Assembly (NCBI GenBank): GCA_963716725.1
Contig: CAVQUB010000015.1
Coordinates: 320,001-384,000 of the forward strand
DNA length: 64,000 nucleotides
Reading direction: 5' to 3'
Source: an uncultured delta proteobacterium
GTDB taxonomy: Bacteria > Myxococcota_A > Polyangia > Polyangiales > Polyangiaceae
Under the pieces are notes generated by a model, which saw only the letters and a program-made list of their open reading frames with translations, did no database searches and was not told the DNA's origin. Below, piece by piece: positions 40,534-49,980 of the stretch. Within the stretch, counting starts at the first letter, position 1. Each line of letters starts with the position of its first letter. Made by a program: the position numbers and the translations under genes.

Positions 40534-42464
40534 ATGCTCGAGCGTCCCACTTCAACCTCCCACCGCGTCTTGGCGGTCAACACCCTGGCGTTCACGGTCT
40601 GCTTCGCCGTCTGGATGCTCAACGGCGTGCTGGTCACGTTTCTGGCGAGCAACAAGGTCTACGACTGGGGGCCGGTGCAGGTCGGTTGGTTGATGGGCAT
40701 CCCGGTGCTCACCGGCGCGATTTTCGGCTGCCCGCCGGCATTCTCACGGACCGCTTCGGCGGCAAGCCGGTGTTCGCGGGCTTGCTCTTTTTCTGTGCCT
40801 TGCCGCTGGTCGCCTTGTCGCAGGCCAATTCCTTTTGGAGTTTCGCGCTGTGCAGCTTCGGCTTCGGCCTGTGCGGCACTGGCTTTTCCATCGGCATCGC
40901 CTTCACCTCGGTGTGGTACCCCAAGCGCAACCAGGGCACGGCCCTGGGCATCTTCGGCGCGGGCAACGCCGGCGCGGCGGGCACCACCTTGCTGGCGCCC
41001 ACGCTGCTCAAGCGGCTGACCGACGACGGCGCGAACCTCGAGGGCTGGCGGACCCTGCCGTTGCTCTACGCGGCGCTGATGGTCGCCATGGGCGTCGTGT
41101 TCTTGGCAACGGCCAAGAACCGCAAGCCGGAGGTCACGAGCAGATCCGTCGCCGAATCGCTGAGGCCCCTGCGCCAACTCCGCGTCTGGCGCTTCGGCCT
41201 CTACTACTTCCTGGTGTTCGGCTGCTTCGTAGCCTTCTCCCAGTGGCTCGTGCCGTATTTCGTGAACGTCTACCAGACCAGTTTGGTGGTCGCGGGCGTC
41301 TTTGCCGCGTTGTTCAGCTTTCCCTCGGGAGTCATTCGAGCCTTGGGCGGGTGGCTCTCGGACAAATATGGCGCTCGCATCGTCATGTACTGGGTGCTCG
41401 GGGCCTCCGTCGTGTGCAGCGCCCTGGTCATCGTGCCCAAGATGGAGATCGTGTCACCCGGTCGCGGAGTGACCGCCACCGAGGCGGGCGTGGTGACGGC
41501 GCTCGACACCGAGTCCATCACCGTCGGAAGCGTGCGCTACTCCCTGCGGCGCCGCCCGGAACAGCTCGCAGAAGGTGACGCCCAAGCCTTGATTCTCCCG
41601 ACCAAGGACGCCTGGCATCAGCCGCTGGTCGAAGTCGGACACAGGGTTCAGAAGAAGGAGCTCTTGGCCAAGGGCGTCACTCGCATCTATTTCCAGGCCA
41701 ACGTCTGGGTGTTTGCGGTGATCGTGATCGTGCTCGGAGCCATCTGGGGCATCGGTAAGGCGGCGGTCTACAAACACATCCCGGACTACTTCCCGAACGA
41801 AGTGGGCGTGGTGGGCGGCATGGTGGGCGTGATCGGCGGACTCGGCGGCTTCGTGTGCCCGATCCTCTTTGGCTACCTGCTCGAAGGCACGGGCCTGTGG
41901 ACCAGCTGCTGGATGTTCATGTTGGCCATCTCGCTCGTCTGCTTGGTCTGGATGCATCGAGTGATCGGGAAGTTGACCAAGTACCCCAAGGGCTTCGAGT
42001 CCCAGTACGCCGACGCTTCGCGCGTGCTGCCCGGCGACCTGCTGAGACCGCTGATGCGCTGGCGCGACGACTTCAGCGTGGGTGAGCCGACCATGGACGC
42101 GCAGCATCTGAGGCTGCTCGACTTGATCAACCAGCTCGACGAGTTGGTCCAGAAGGGCGGCGACCCATCCGATCTCTCGCCCGTGCTCGACGGCGTGATC
42201 GACTACACCAAGACCCACTTCAGCGCCGAGGAGGCCTACCTGGAGGAGATCCGCTTTCCCGACCTGGAGGAGCACAAGCAAGCTCACGCGCTCCTGCTGA
42301 GCCAAGTCATGGAACTGCGCGGCGACGCACTGAGCGGTGACCCTCGCGTCATGACGCGGCTGCTGCTCTTCTTGCAGACCTGGCTGCTCGGGCACATCGC
42401 CACCGTCGACAAGCAATACGCTGCGCACGCCGCCGAGACTGCGACTGAGCCGGTCAGGGCCTGA
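40534..42464 (+). CDS. NarK-family nitrate/nitrite MFS transporter fused to bacteriohemerythrin (frameshift near 40725)
   Basis: LAFTVCFAVW, QGTALGIFGAGNAG, YFLVFGCFVAF, IRALGGWLSDKYG, GIGKAAVYK; C-terminal DAQH, HFSAEE, HKQAH, HIATVD. Confidence 0.85.
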
Positions 42465-42479
42465 GCGCCGGCGCCGCCC

Positions 42480-43091
42480 TCAAAACGCCCGGCTGAAGCG
42501 CAGTGCGATGGTGGGCAGCCAGCGCGGCATGACGTTGTCGATCTGCTCGTCCAAGAGTTTGCGATCGACGTCGGGGTCGTTCAGGATCGAATCCTCGGCG
42601 ATCCTGAGCGCGAGCAGCCGACGCACGCCGACGCCGACAGTGAAGTGATAGGTGGTGTGGAGGACCCACTTGTGGCCCGCCTCCATGAACACGTTGTGGG
42701 ACGCGACGCCGATGGCGTAGGTGTCGTTGTACAGGTAGCCGACCCCCAGATAGGGCCGGAAATCGCCGAAGTCCGGGAACAGGCGCAGCGTGCCCGTGTA
42801 GTGGCGCGCGGGATTCGCCTCGAGCCCCGCGCCCACATATAGCTCGAAGCCTGGCAGCGGCAGGTTGAGCACGCCAAGCAGCATCGCCAAGTTGCCTTCG
42901 GGGCCGGCGCCCGTCGCCACTTCCATCACGAAGCGCCGCCGGTTCTGATCCAGCACCTGGCCGAAGCGCTCGTGCGGACCGTAGATCTCCCGGCCACCCG
43001 GGGTGTGCAGGCCGAACTCCTTGGCGCGGGCCGATCCGGCGAGGGTGAGCGCACCGACCATCAGCGTGCTGGCCATCGACAGCCCCTTCAC
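42480..43091 (-). CDS. Exported, probable small outer-membrane beta-barrel protein
   Basis: Signal (SARA), RPYLGVGY, terminal Phe. Confidence 0.6.
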   Translation of the reverse strand: MKGLSMASTLMVGALTLAGSARAKEFGLHTPGGREIYGPHERFGQVLDQNRRRFVMEVATGAGPEGNLAMLLGVLNLPLPGFELYVGAGLEANPARHYTGTLRLFPDFGDFRPYLGVGYLYNDTYAIGVASHNVFMEAGHKWVLHTTYHFTVGVGVRRLLALRIAEDSILNDPDVDRKLLDEQIDNVMPRWLPTIALRFSRAF

Positions 43092-43756
43092 TCGATCTTC
43101 CTCCCGAAGACCAGCGAGACGAAGCCTTCCCACGGGCGGTCGTCGCGTGCGTCGCGCAGATCGTCCATCGCCGCGGCGTTGTTGATGCCGTTGGGATCGA
43201 TCAGAAACGAATCGAGCAGGCGCCCGGCGACGGCCACCCGCGCGCCGGCGAAGAGCTGGATGCTCCAAGAGCCGCGGTCGTAGAGCGTCGCCCCGAGCTC
43301 GATGGGAGTGACTCCGACCAGCCAGTAGTGGCGAGCCAGGCGTGCGTCGAAGTGGGCTCCGACCCCGTAGCTGAGCTCCGTGCCCCAGAGATCCACGAGG
43401 AATGTGCGGAAGCCCAAGCCGGCAAAGCCACGGGTATTCACGCCTAGATCGCCCAGGAGCAGCCGCAGGTGGGGGTTGGCCCAGGCCGCGCGAAAGCCCA
43501 CGGACAGACCGAGGAAGGTCTGTTGGATGACGTCGTCGGTGTCCACGCGGTGGACGGCGTTTTCGAGCGTGACACCCACCACCCAATGCGACTTGGGCTC
43601 GACGTTCCACGTCTCGGGGAGCAACGGACCGCGCATGACGCCATCGTCCGGAGCCGACCGGTCCAGATCCTCGGCGCGGGCGACGCCGGACGCGAGGAGC
43701 GTGAGCGCCAGCGCAAAGTTGCACCCTCTCGGCCGCCAGCCGAGCGCGGGCATCAT
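43088..43756 (-). CDS. Exported, probable beta-barrel protein
   Basis: Signal (ARAE), amphipathic strands; overlaps both neighbours. Confidence 0.55.
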   Translation of the reverse strand: MMPALGWRPRGCNFALALTLLASGVARAEDLDRSAPDDGVMRGPLLPETWNVEPKSHWVVGVTLENAVHRVDTDDVIQQTFLGLSVGFRAAWANPHLRLLLGDLGVNTRGFAGLGFRTFLVDLWGTELSYGVGAHFDARLARHYWLVGVTPIELGATLYDRGSWSIQLFAGARVAVAGRLLDSFLIDPNGINNAAAMDDLRDARDDRPWEGFVSLVFGRKIE

Positions 43757-44124
43757 GGCGGCGCGGGCAACGCCGGCTTCGTCGCCGCCGGTTCGCGCTC
43801 GCAGAGCATCGTCATTCGAGCGATGGGAAAGCCCACCAGTAGCCAATAGTCGGTGTAGAAGTCGAGCTGCGCGTGGTGGATGACCTGGCAGCCGTGGCGA
43901 CGGCGCGCCCGCTCGAGTAGCACCGCGTAATGATCGGGATCGCTGACCTGAAACACTCCCAGAATCGAGAGCCCGCTGTCCTCTTCGGTGACGAAGGTCG
44001 CATCGGCGGAGGGCGGCGCGGTGCGAGGTGACCACAGCGCCTGGCGGCTGTGGTGGAGGGTGCAGCCCGAGAGCCCGAGGGCCAACGTCAGCGCGAGGGC
44101 CCAAGAGCTGCGGTCAACGTTCAT
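43753..44124 (-). CDS. Small lipoprotein
   Basis: Lipobox LSGC. Confidence 0.65.
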   Translation of the reverse strand: MNVDRSSWALALTLALGLSGCTLHHSRQALWSPRTAPPSADATFVTEEDSGLSILGVFQVSDPDHYAVLLERARRRHGCQVIHHAQLDFYTDYWLLVGFPIARMTMLCEREPAATKPALPAPP

Positions 44125-44983
44125 GAGCGACCCTCAGGGTATCAGGGATGAGCTCGGCGGGAGCCCAGGCGATGAGCGCGCGGCGCAGCCCGTCCCGCCC
44201 GTCTGTCGGCATGCGACGGACGAGCTCCGCGAGGATCGCGGCGGGAGTGTCCGGCACGGACGCATAGGGCTCCGGCGATGAGAGCGCGCGACGGAGCTGA
44301 CGGAGCAGGTCATCGCCGCGAGACTCGACGGCGTAGAGCGCGGCAGCCAGCCCATGCCCGAGCAGATGCGGATCGAAGCTCGCAGGCGCGAGGGCCAGCG
44401 CTGCCCAATGTGCGATCTCGATCGCTGGCTGGCGGTCGAGATCGCGCACTTCGCCTCGGCCGCCAGCGACTCGGGGCGAGCCCGTGACGATGGCGGCGTA
44501 ATAGTCCGCGAACGCCTCGTCGACGACCGCCAGCAGCCGGCGACCCACCCGTCCATCGGGGCGCGGTCCGGCTGCGCTCACGTGCCCGATTTCGTGAACC
44601 CAGACCGCTCGCGGCAGCGGGCCGGCCTGATGCGCGACGAGCAGCGCTCGGCTGCCGGAGTGAAACTCGACGAGCCGCGGCGCGTCTCGCTGCGCGACCA
44701 CATGCACGTCGAGCCTGGCCGGAGCCAATCTCGCGGGCAAGGCCGCCAGCGCCGCGTGGGCCTCGATGAAGGCGCGCTGCGCCGCAGCGCTCCCGTCACA
44801 GCGACCGACGGGGCCCGGCGCGACGGACTGCGGCTCGACGCGACTGCCGACCCGCACCTTCAACGCTCCGCGCTCGAGCGTGCCGTCTCCCAGCGCCTCA
44901 CAGCGCCCGAGATCGCTGCCGCGGGCGGCGCAGCCGAGTCCGATGAGGGCAATGCCCACGGCTAGTTGGGTGCGTCGGGACAT
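44114..44983 (-). CDS. Lipoprotein with gluzincin-like motif
   Basis: Lipobox GLGC; HEIGH...DEAFADY. Confidence 0.65.
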   Translation of the reverse strand: MSRRTQLAVGIALIGLGCAARGSDLGRCEALGDGTLERGALKVRVGSRVEPQSVAPGPVGRCDGSAAAQRAFIEAHAALAALPARLAPARLDVHVVAQRDAPRLVEFHSGSRALLVAHQAGPLPRAVWVHEIGHVSAAGPRPDGRVGRRLLAVVDEAFADYYAAIVTGSPRVAGGRGEVRDLDRQPAIEIAHWAALALAPASFDPHLLGHGLAAALYAVESRGDDLLRQLRRALSSPEPYASVPDTPAAILAELVRRMPTDGRDGLRRALIAWAPAELIPDTLRVAHER

Positions 44984-45885
44984 AGGGACAGGTGCTCCGT
45001 GATGTGGGCGTCGATCTCCTGATCGACCAGCGCGTCGGGGTCGGCGACATTGGCCGCGCCTTTCAATATGCGACGCACGGCGGCCAGATAATCCTTGGTC
45101 GCGAGGCGCGCGCGCTGGGCGTGGTCGTTGAGGCAGCTCTCGACGTGTCCGGGTGAAGTGGGGTCGTTGCAGTCGCGACCCTCCCGGTAGATGGAGTCTT
45201 CGGTGGTGGTGTGGCCGATGCTGTCATCGGTGAGCCTATTGCCGTCGTCGTCGGTGGAGCCTCCGTGGAAGAGCACGGGAGTGCCGTCGGCGTAGGTCTC
45301 GTGGCCGGCGCGGCGGGGAGTGAACGACTTGACGCGGACGATGCACCACGGTCGCTCGGCGTGCTCGCGATCTCGAAAGGTGTGCGCCTCGGAGAACGAG
45401 TCCTGCAGGATGTGGTTCGCCTTGCCTAGAAACGCCAGGGCGCGGGCGCGATTCGTGATCCAGTTGCGGGCGGCGGCTTTGGTGAATTCACGGATCGCGG
45501 CCTGGGAGTCCGCGGCCGCCTCGAGGCTGCCGTTGGCGTCGGTGAGCAGGAAGTGCAGCCGTTGGACGTCGTTGCGATCGGTGTACTCGGTGACGGCGCT
45601 GATATAGGCAAATAGGCTGACGTTCAGGTGCACGAGCAGCTCCTTCGGCCAGTCGACGCGGCGGTTGCCTTCGGCGATGGCGTGGATCTCGCTTGGAGAG
45701 AAGCGGTCGTCGGCGGGCAGATCTGCGTTGCCGAAGACCGTCAGCCACTCGTGCCCCTGAAAGAACGACGAGCGCGTCATGATGCAGTCGCCCTTGGAGA
45801 AGAAGCTCAGGTCGGACTCCTGCGGCGAACAAATGTCGAGGGGGTTCGAGCAGGTGGCGGTCAGCACCGCTACCGTCATGGCCAT
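44962..45885 (-). CDS. Exported protein, Zn-dependent phospholipase C/Het-C-like
   Basis: GHEWLT, GNRRVD, LHFL, LGKANHILQDSFSEAH. Confidence 0.55.
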   Translation of the reverse strand: MAMTVAVLTATCSNPLDICSPQESDLSFFSKGDCIMTRSSFFQGHEWLTVFGNADLPADDRFSPSEIHAIAEGNRRVDWPKELLVHLNVSLFAYISAVTEYTDRNDVQRLHFLLTDANGSLEAAADSQAAIREFTKAAARNWITNRARALAFLGKANHILQDSFSEAHTFRDREHAERPWCIVRVKSFTPRRAGHETYADGTPVLFHGGSTDDDGNRLTDDSIGHTTTEDSIYREGRDCNDPTSPGHVESCLNDHAQRARLATKDYLAAVRRILKGAANVADPDALVDQEIDAHITEHLSLCPDAPN

Positions 45886-45924
45886 GGCCTGCGCGCTGCG
45901 ACGAAGCACGCGCCGAGGCTACCA

Positions 45925-46276
45925 CGCGCGGCAGCCCGATCGCACGCGGCTCACTTCTCTTTGGGCGTGTCCGACCGCGATCCCCACTCGGCCCAAGAGC
46001 CGTAGCAGAGGCGCACATCGGGGCAGCCGAGCCATCGCCGCGCGAAATAGGTGCCCGACGCGCGAGTGCCGCTTTGGCAGTGAGCGACCGCGGTCGCGGT
46101 CTTGGGCACGTTGGCGTAGAGCGCAGCGACCTTGCTCATGGGTTTCAGTACACCGCCGCTGACGTTGGTGTTCCAGTCCACGTGCTTGGCGCCCGGGATG
46201 TGACCGGCGGCGAACTCGGAGGCCATGCGCGCGTCGATCAGCACCAGCTTCGGATCGGAGAGCTTGGGCAAGATCC
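45925..46276 (-). pseudogene. Orphan duplicate of the sulfurtransferase 3' end
   Basis: About 93% identical (24 mismatches in 352 bp, manual count) to 48876-49227; no 5' part; LYDGSW changed to LCYGSW. Confidence 0.9.
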
Positions 46277-46374
46277 CCCCGCCGCGGCCAAGCTCCACCC
46301 CGCCCAGGTCGACAGCCGCGATACCGCCTCCTTTTGGCCTGGCCTTTGCCGAGAACGAATGGGAGAGTCTCCCC

Positions 46375-46665
46375 ATGGGGCGGAGCCCACCGGCAGGCTT
46401 GCGGTCGAATGTTTTGGCCCTCGCCGGGCGTCGCGTGGTCGTGTTGAGCCATCCCGTCGTGGGGGAAGCTGCCGAACATTGGACCGGCCGGCTCACTGCG
46501 GGCGAAGTCGCCGTCGCGCGCGCTCTCGAGCAGGGGCTCTCCTACGCCCGGATCGCCGAGCTCCGTGGAACCTCCCTCGGAACGGTGAAGAAGCAAGTCT
46601 CTTCGTTGTACCGGCGATTGGGCGTGCGGTCTCGAACCGAGCTCGTCGTGCGCCTGCACACATGA
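46375..46665 (+). CDS. Small LuxR-type HTH regulator
   Basis: LTAGEVAVA...GLSYARIAELRGTSLGTVKKQVSSLYRRLGVRSRTEL. Confidence 0.8.
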   Translation: MGRSPPAGLRSNVLALAGRRVVVLSHPVVGEAAEHWTGRLTAGEVAVARALEQGLSYARIAELRGTSLGTVKKQVSSLYRRLGVRSRTELVVRLHT

Positions 46666-47747
46666 GCCGACTCTCGGAGGTCCACGCTCGGGACGTCCTC
46701 GCGCTGCTGGACGCGGCCTATGATCTCTACGCCGAGGACGAGGCCTGGCTCCAAAGCGTGACGTCCGCCGCTGGACGTGTGCTCGACGATCGGCTGGGAC
46801 TCCAAGCGTTTCGCTTCGACCTCGCGGCGGGCGAGTCACGGTTAGGGTCTCCGTGTCTCGCGGGAGGTACTGACGAGTGGAGGGAGCAATGGATCGACAA
46901 CTGGTGGCGCCCCGTCATGCTCGCGATGGATGCGGCGTCTGTCGAAGCGCTCGTCCGCTTCGGACCGACGTCGGTGACGAGCGTGCTGTGGCCCGCGGTT
47001 CAGGCTTCGATCCCCAGTTTCAACGAGTTCGTCGAGGCCTTGGGACAGGGCGGCTGGGACGCCCTGGTACCGGCGGAGCAGCCGACGACGGCTGATCGGC
47101 TCTACTACCCGGACTCGTGGAACGTCGTCGGCCTCGACGTCGATGGTCACGGAGTGGCGCTGGTGGCAAATCGCGCCGCGCGTATCGATCGCGTGGACCC
47201 AGAGGAGGTGGGCCTTTCGGAACGGGTCGCCGCCCATCTCGCCGCGGCTCTGCGCTTGCGCCTGCGGCTGGGGAGAACGTCGGCCATGGCTCATGCCGCT
47301 GCGATTCTGGAGCCGACCGGACGCCTGGTTCACGCCGAAGGAGACGCTCGCGACGACGAAGTCCGCTCGTCGCTCCGCGAAGCGGTGTCTGCCATCGATC
47401 GTCTCCGTGCGTCGGAGGGGGATCATCGTTCGGCGGACGCGCTACGGCACTGGCGTGCGCTCCACTCGGGCCGCTATTCGCTGGTCGACGAGTTCGAGAG
47501 CGACGGACGGCGGTTCGTCGTCGCGCTGCCCAACGAGCCTGTGCCGCCGTCCCTGCGTGCGCTATCGGCCAGAGAGCAGCAGGTCGTTGCACTGGTGGCG
47601 ACGGGTGCCGCAAACAAGGTCATCGCGTACGAGCTCGACATCGCGACGTCCACGGTCTCCGAGTTGCTGCGCCGCGCGATGGCGAAGCTCGGAGTGGACT
47701 CGCGCGCCGCCCTCGTCCGGCGCGTGCTCAGCCAAGGTGAAGGCTGA
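46662..47747 (+). CDS. LuxR-family regulator with C-terminal HTH
   Basis: LSAREQQV...GAANKVIAYELDIATSTV...KLGVDSR; ATGA overlap. Confidence 0.85.
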   Translation: MSRLSEVHARDVLALLDAAYDLYAEDEAWLQSVTSAAGRVLDDRLGLQAFRFDLAAGESRLGSPCLAGGTDEWREQWIDNWWRPVMLAMDAASVEALVRFGPTSVTSVLWPAVQASIPSFNEFVEALGQGGWDALVPAEQPTTADRLYYPDSWNVVGLDVDGHGVALVANRAARIDRVDPEEVGLSERVAAHLAAALRLRLRLGRTSAMAHAAAILEPTGRLVHAEGDARDDEVRSSLREAVSAIDRLRASEGDHRSADALRHWRALHSGRYSLVDEFESDGRRFVVALPNEPVPPSLRALSAREQQVVALVATGAANKVIAYELDIATSTVSELLRRAMAKLGVDSRAALVRRVLSQGEG

Positions 47748-47964
47748 CGGCGCGTGGATCCGGCGGGCCGACGTAGGCAAACGGCCCATGGCGCGCTCCA
47801 TTCTGTTGCCACATCGTGGTCCGAGCTACGCCAAGTCGTGATCGGTGATGCGTGTTCGTAGCTAGAAAAAGCAGGGACAGGGTGAACGGGACGAGGAACG
47901 TGGGCAGGGGGCGCGCCGTGGTCGATTCCGGAGCCGAGGGACGCGAGCGCGGCTGGTTGACGCT

Positions 47965-48804
47965 GTGAGAACGATCGCAGGTTGGAGTTACGCACTTTGG
48001 CTGCTCGCGCTGTCGGCGTGCGGGTCGGATTCGAGCGACGGTTCCGGCACCGGGGGGACGTCGGCGGACGCCGGCCTGGGAGGCGGGGCGGCGGGCGGGA
48101 TAGGCGGAGCGGGCGGAGCCGGCGGAGCCGGTGGCTCGAGCGGCGCAGCGGGAGCTGGAGGAACGGTTTGTGAGCTGGGAGTCCCCGGCGGAGCTTGTGA
48201 CCCGCTCGCCCAGGACTGCTCGGACCCCTGCAGCAGTCGCTGCGTCCTCTACCGGGGCCCCGGCGCGGCGGGCCTAACCGAGCCGCTCTGCATCGCTCCG
48301 CGCGGACAGCGAGCGCCCTTCGAGTCGTGCCAGCGCTACGGCGGTGCCGTTGGCGATGACGACTGCGCCAAGGGGCTCTTCTGTTCGTACGGAGTAGGCC
48401 GCAAGTCGGGCGTCGTTCCCGAGGAGTTCTGCGCGCCCTACTGCCTGGCCGACGGCGACTGCACGGACGGCTTCTGTGCAGCGCTCACCAAGGTTTCGGT
48501 CACGCCACCCGCCGGCTACTGCGTCGCCACGTGCACCCCTTACGCGAACGGCTGCGAGGGAAACTACGACTGCCTGAAGTTCGGAGGGACAGACGGAAAG
48601 TTCAGGCTGACCTGCTCCGATCAATTCGGGTCCAAGCAGGCGGGCGTCGCCTGTCAGGGTGGCGACTGCGTGCCAGGCCTCAGCTGCGAACAGGTCAACG
48701 GGTTGGTTTGCACACCGTTCTGCGACGCGACCCATGCCTGCCCCAACGCTGAACCGTGCGTACCGGCGCCCGGCGGTGAGGGCTACTCCGTATGCGATCT
48801 GTGA
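47965..48804 (+). CDS. Cys-rich lipoprotein
   Basis: Lipobox LSAC, Gly linker, CDPLAQDC. Confidence 0.75.
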   Translation: MRTIAGWSYALWLLALSACGSDSSDGSGTGGTSADAGLGGGAAGGIGGAGGAGGAGGSSGAAGAGGTVCELGVPGGACDPLAQDCSDPCSSRCVLYRGPGAAGLTEPLCIAPRGQRAPFESCQRYGGAVGDDDCAKGLFCSYGVGRKSGVVPEEFCAPYCLADGDCTDGFCAALTKVSVTPPAGYCVATCTPYANGCEGNYDCLKFGGTDGKFRLTCSDQFGSKQAGVACQGGDCVPGLSCEQVNGLVCTPFCDATHACPNAEPCVPAPGGEGYSVCDL

Positions 48805-48822
48805 GGACCGTCGGAGGTCCTC
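48803..48822. terminator. Hairpin between convergent genes
   Basis: GAGGACC-gtcgga-GGTCCTC; no U-tract. Confidence 0.3.
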
Positions 48823-48901
48823 CGAGCCCGCGGGCGGAGTCTGCGCCCCCGAGTCCCTTGCGCTCTCCGAGTCTGCGCGCGGCAGCCCGATCGCACGCGG
48901 C

Positions 48902-49912
48902 TCACTTCTCTTTGGGCGTGTCCGACCGCGATCCCCACTCGGCCCAAGAGCCGTCGTAGAGGCGCACATCGGGGTAGCCGAGCCATCGCAGCGCGAAATA
49001 GGTGACCGAAGCGCGAGTGCCGGTTTGACAGTACGCAACGACGGTCGCGGTCTTGGGCACGCTGGCGTAAAGCGCGGCGACCTCGCTCGAGGGTTTCAGC
49101 GCACCGCCGCTGACGTTGGTGTTCCAGTCCACGTGCTTGGCACCCGGGATGTGACCGGCGGCGAACTCGGAGGCCATGCGCGCGTCGATCAGCACCAGCT
49201 TCGGATCGGAGAGCTTCGACAAGATCCAATCGGCGTCCACCCGGCGCTCGTCGGCGTTCGCGCTCACGGTGTAGCTCGAGGGCGTTGCGCTCGGGGCGCC
49301 GGTCTCCACCGCGCCGCTGCTCGCGGTCCACGCGGCCCAGCCGCCATCGAGCAGGCGCACCTCGCCCTGTTTGGCCCACTCCAGGGTCCAAAACCCTCGC
49401 GCCGGAGTGGTGTCGGTCTGCGCTCCCATCACGACCACGCTCTTCGTGGGGTCGAGGCCCGCGGCGCCGAGCGCGGTGGACAGCTGCGTGTTGCTCGCCA
49501 CCTGGCTGATGACGCCTGCGACCGTGGCGCGCAGCTCGTCGATGCCGACGTGCAGCGCCCCGGGCACGTGTCCGGCCTGGTAGTCATTGACCGCGCGCAG
49601 ATCGAGCACCTGGACGCTGCCCTTGCCCAGCTCTGCGCCGAGCCAGGCCGCATCGACGCGCAGGTCTGCTGCAGCGAGCCCGGCGGTGCCTCCGGTCGCG
49701 GTGCCCGCGCTTCCCCCGCTGGCGCTGCCTGCGCTTCCCCCGGTCCCGCCGCCCGCACTGCCCGCGGCGCCGCCGCTGCCCGACGAGCCCGCGGCGCCGC
49801 CGCTGCCGCACACTGCGCTGGCGGCGGTGCAGGTCTTCGGCTCGTCCTCCGAGCTCGAGCTACAGGCAACCAGCACAGCGATGCACGAGAAGAGGGACAG
49901 TCGCAATGCCAT
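48902..49912 (-). CDS. Two-domain rhodanese/sulfurtransferase with lipoprotein signal
   Basis: Lipobox LVAC; GHVPGA, LLDGGW, GHIPGA, YCQTGTRAS, LYDGSWAEW. Confidence 0.9.
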   Translation of the reverse strand: MALRLSLFSCIAVLVACSSSSEDEPKTCTAASAVCGSGGAAGSSGSGGAAGSAGGGTGGSAGSASGGSAGTATGGTAGLAAADLRVDAAWLGAELGKGSVQVLDLRAVNDYQAGHVPGALHVGIDELRATVAGVISQVASNTQLSTALGAAGLDPTKSVVVMGAQTDTTPARGFWTLEWAKQGEVRLLDGGWAAWTASSGAVETGAPSATPSSYTVSANADERRVDADWILSKLSDPKLVLIDARMASEFAAGHIPGAKHVDWNTNVSGGALKPSSEVAALYASVPKTATVVAYCQTGTRASVTYFALRWLGYPDVRLYDGSWAEWGSRSDTPKEK

Positions 49913-49980
49913 TGGCGTTGCATAGCGCCCGATGCGACGCAGGGCAATCGCGCCCCGGACAGCGTGCAGAAGATCGCGCC

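Noticed and set aside
40715..40735. Programmed frameshift in the narK-like gene
   Set aside because: Adding one C gives the expected IFRLPAG, which fits a sequencing deletion.
45925..49227. DGR template/variable repeat pair
   Set aside because: Mismatches are not confined to adenines on either strand (11 of 24 at best), and no reverse transcriptase is present in the window.
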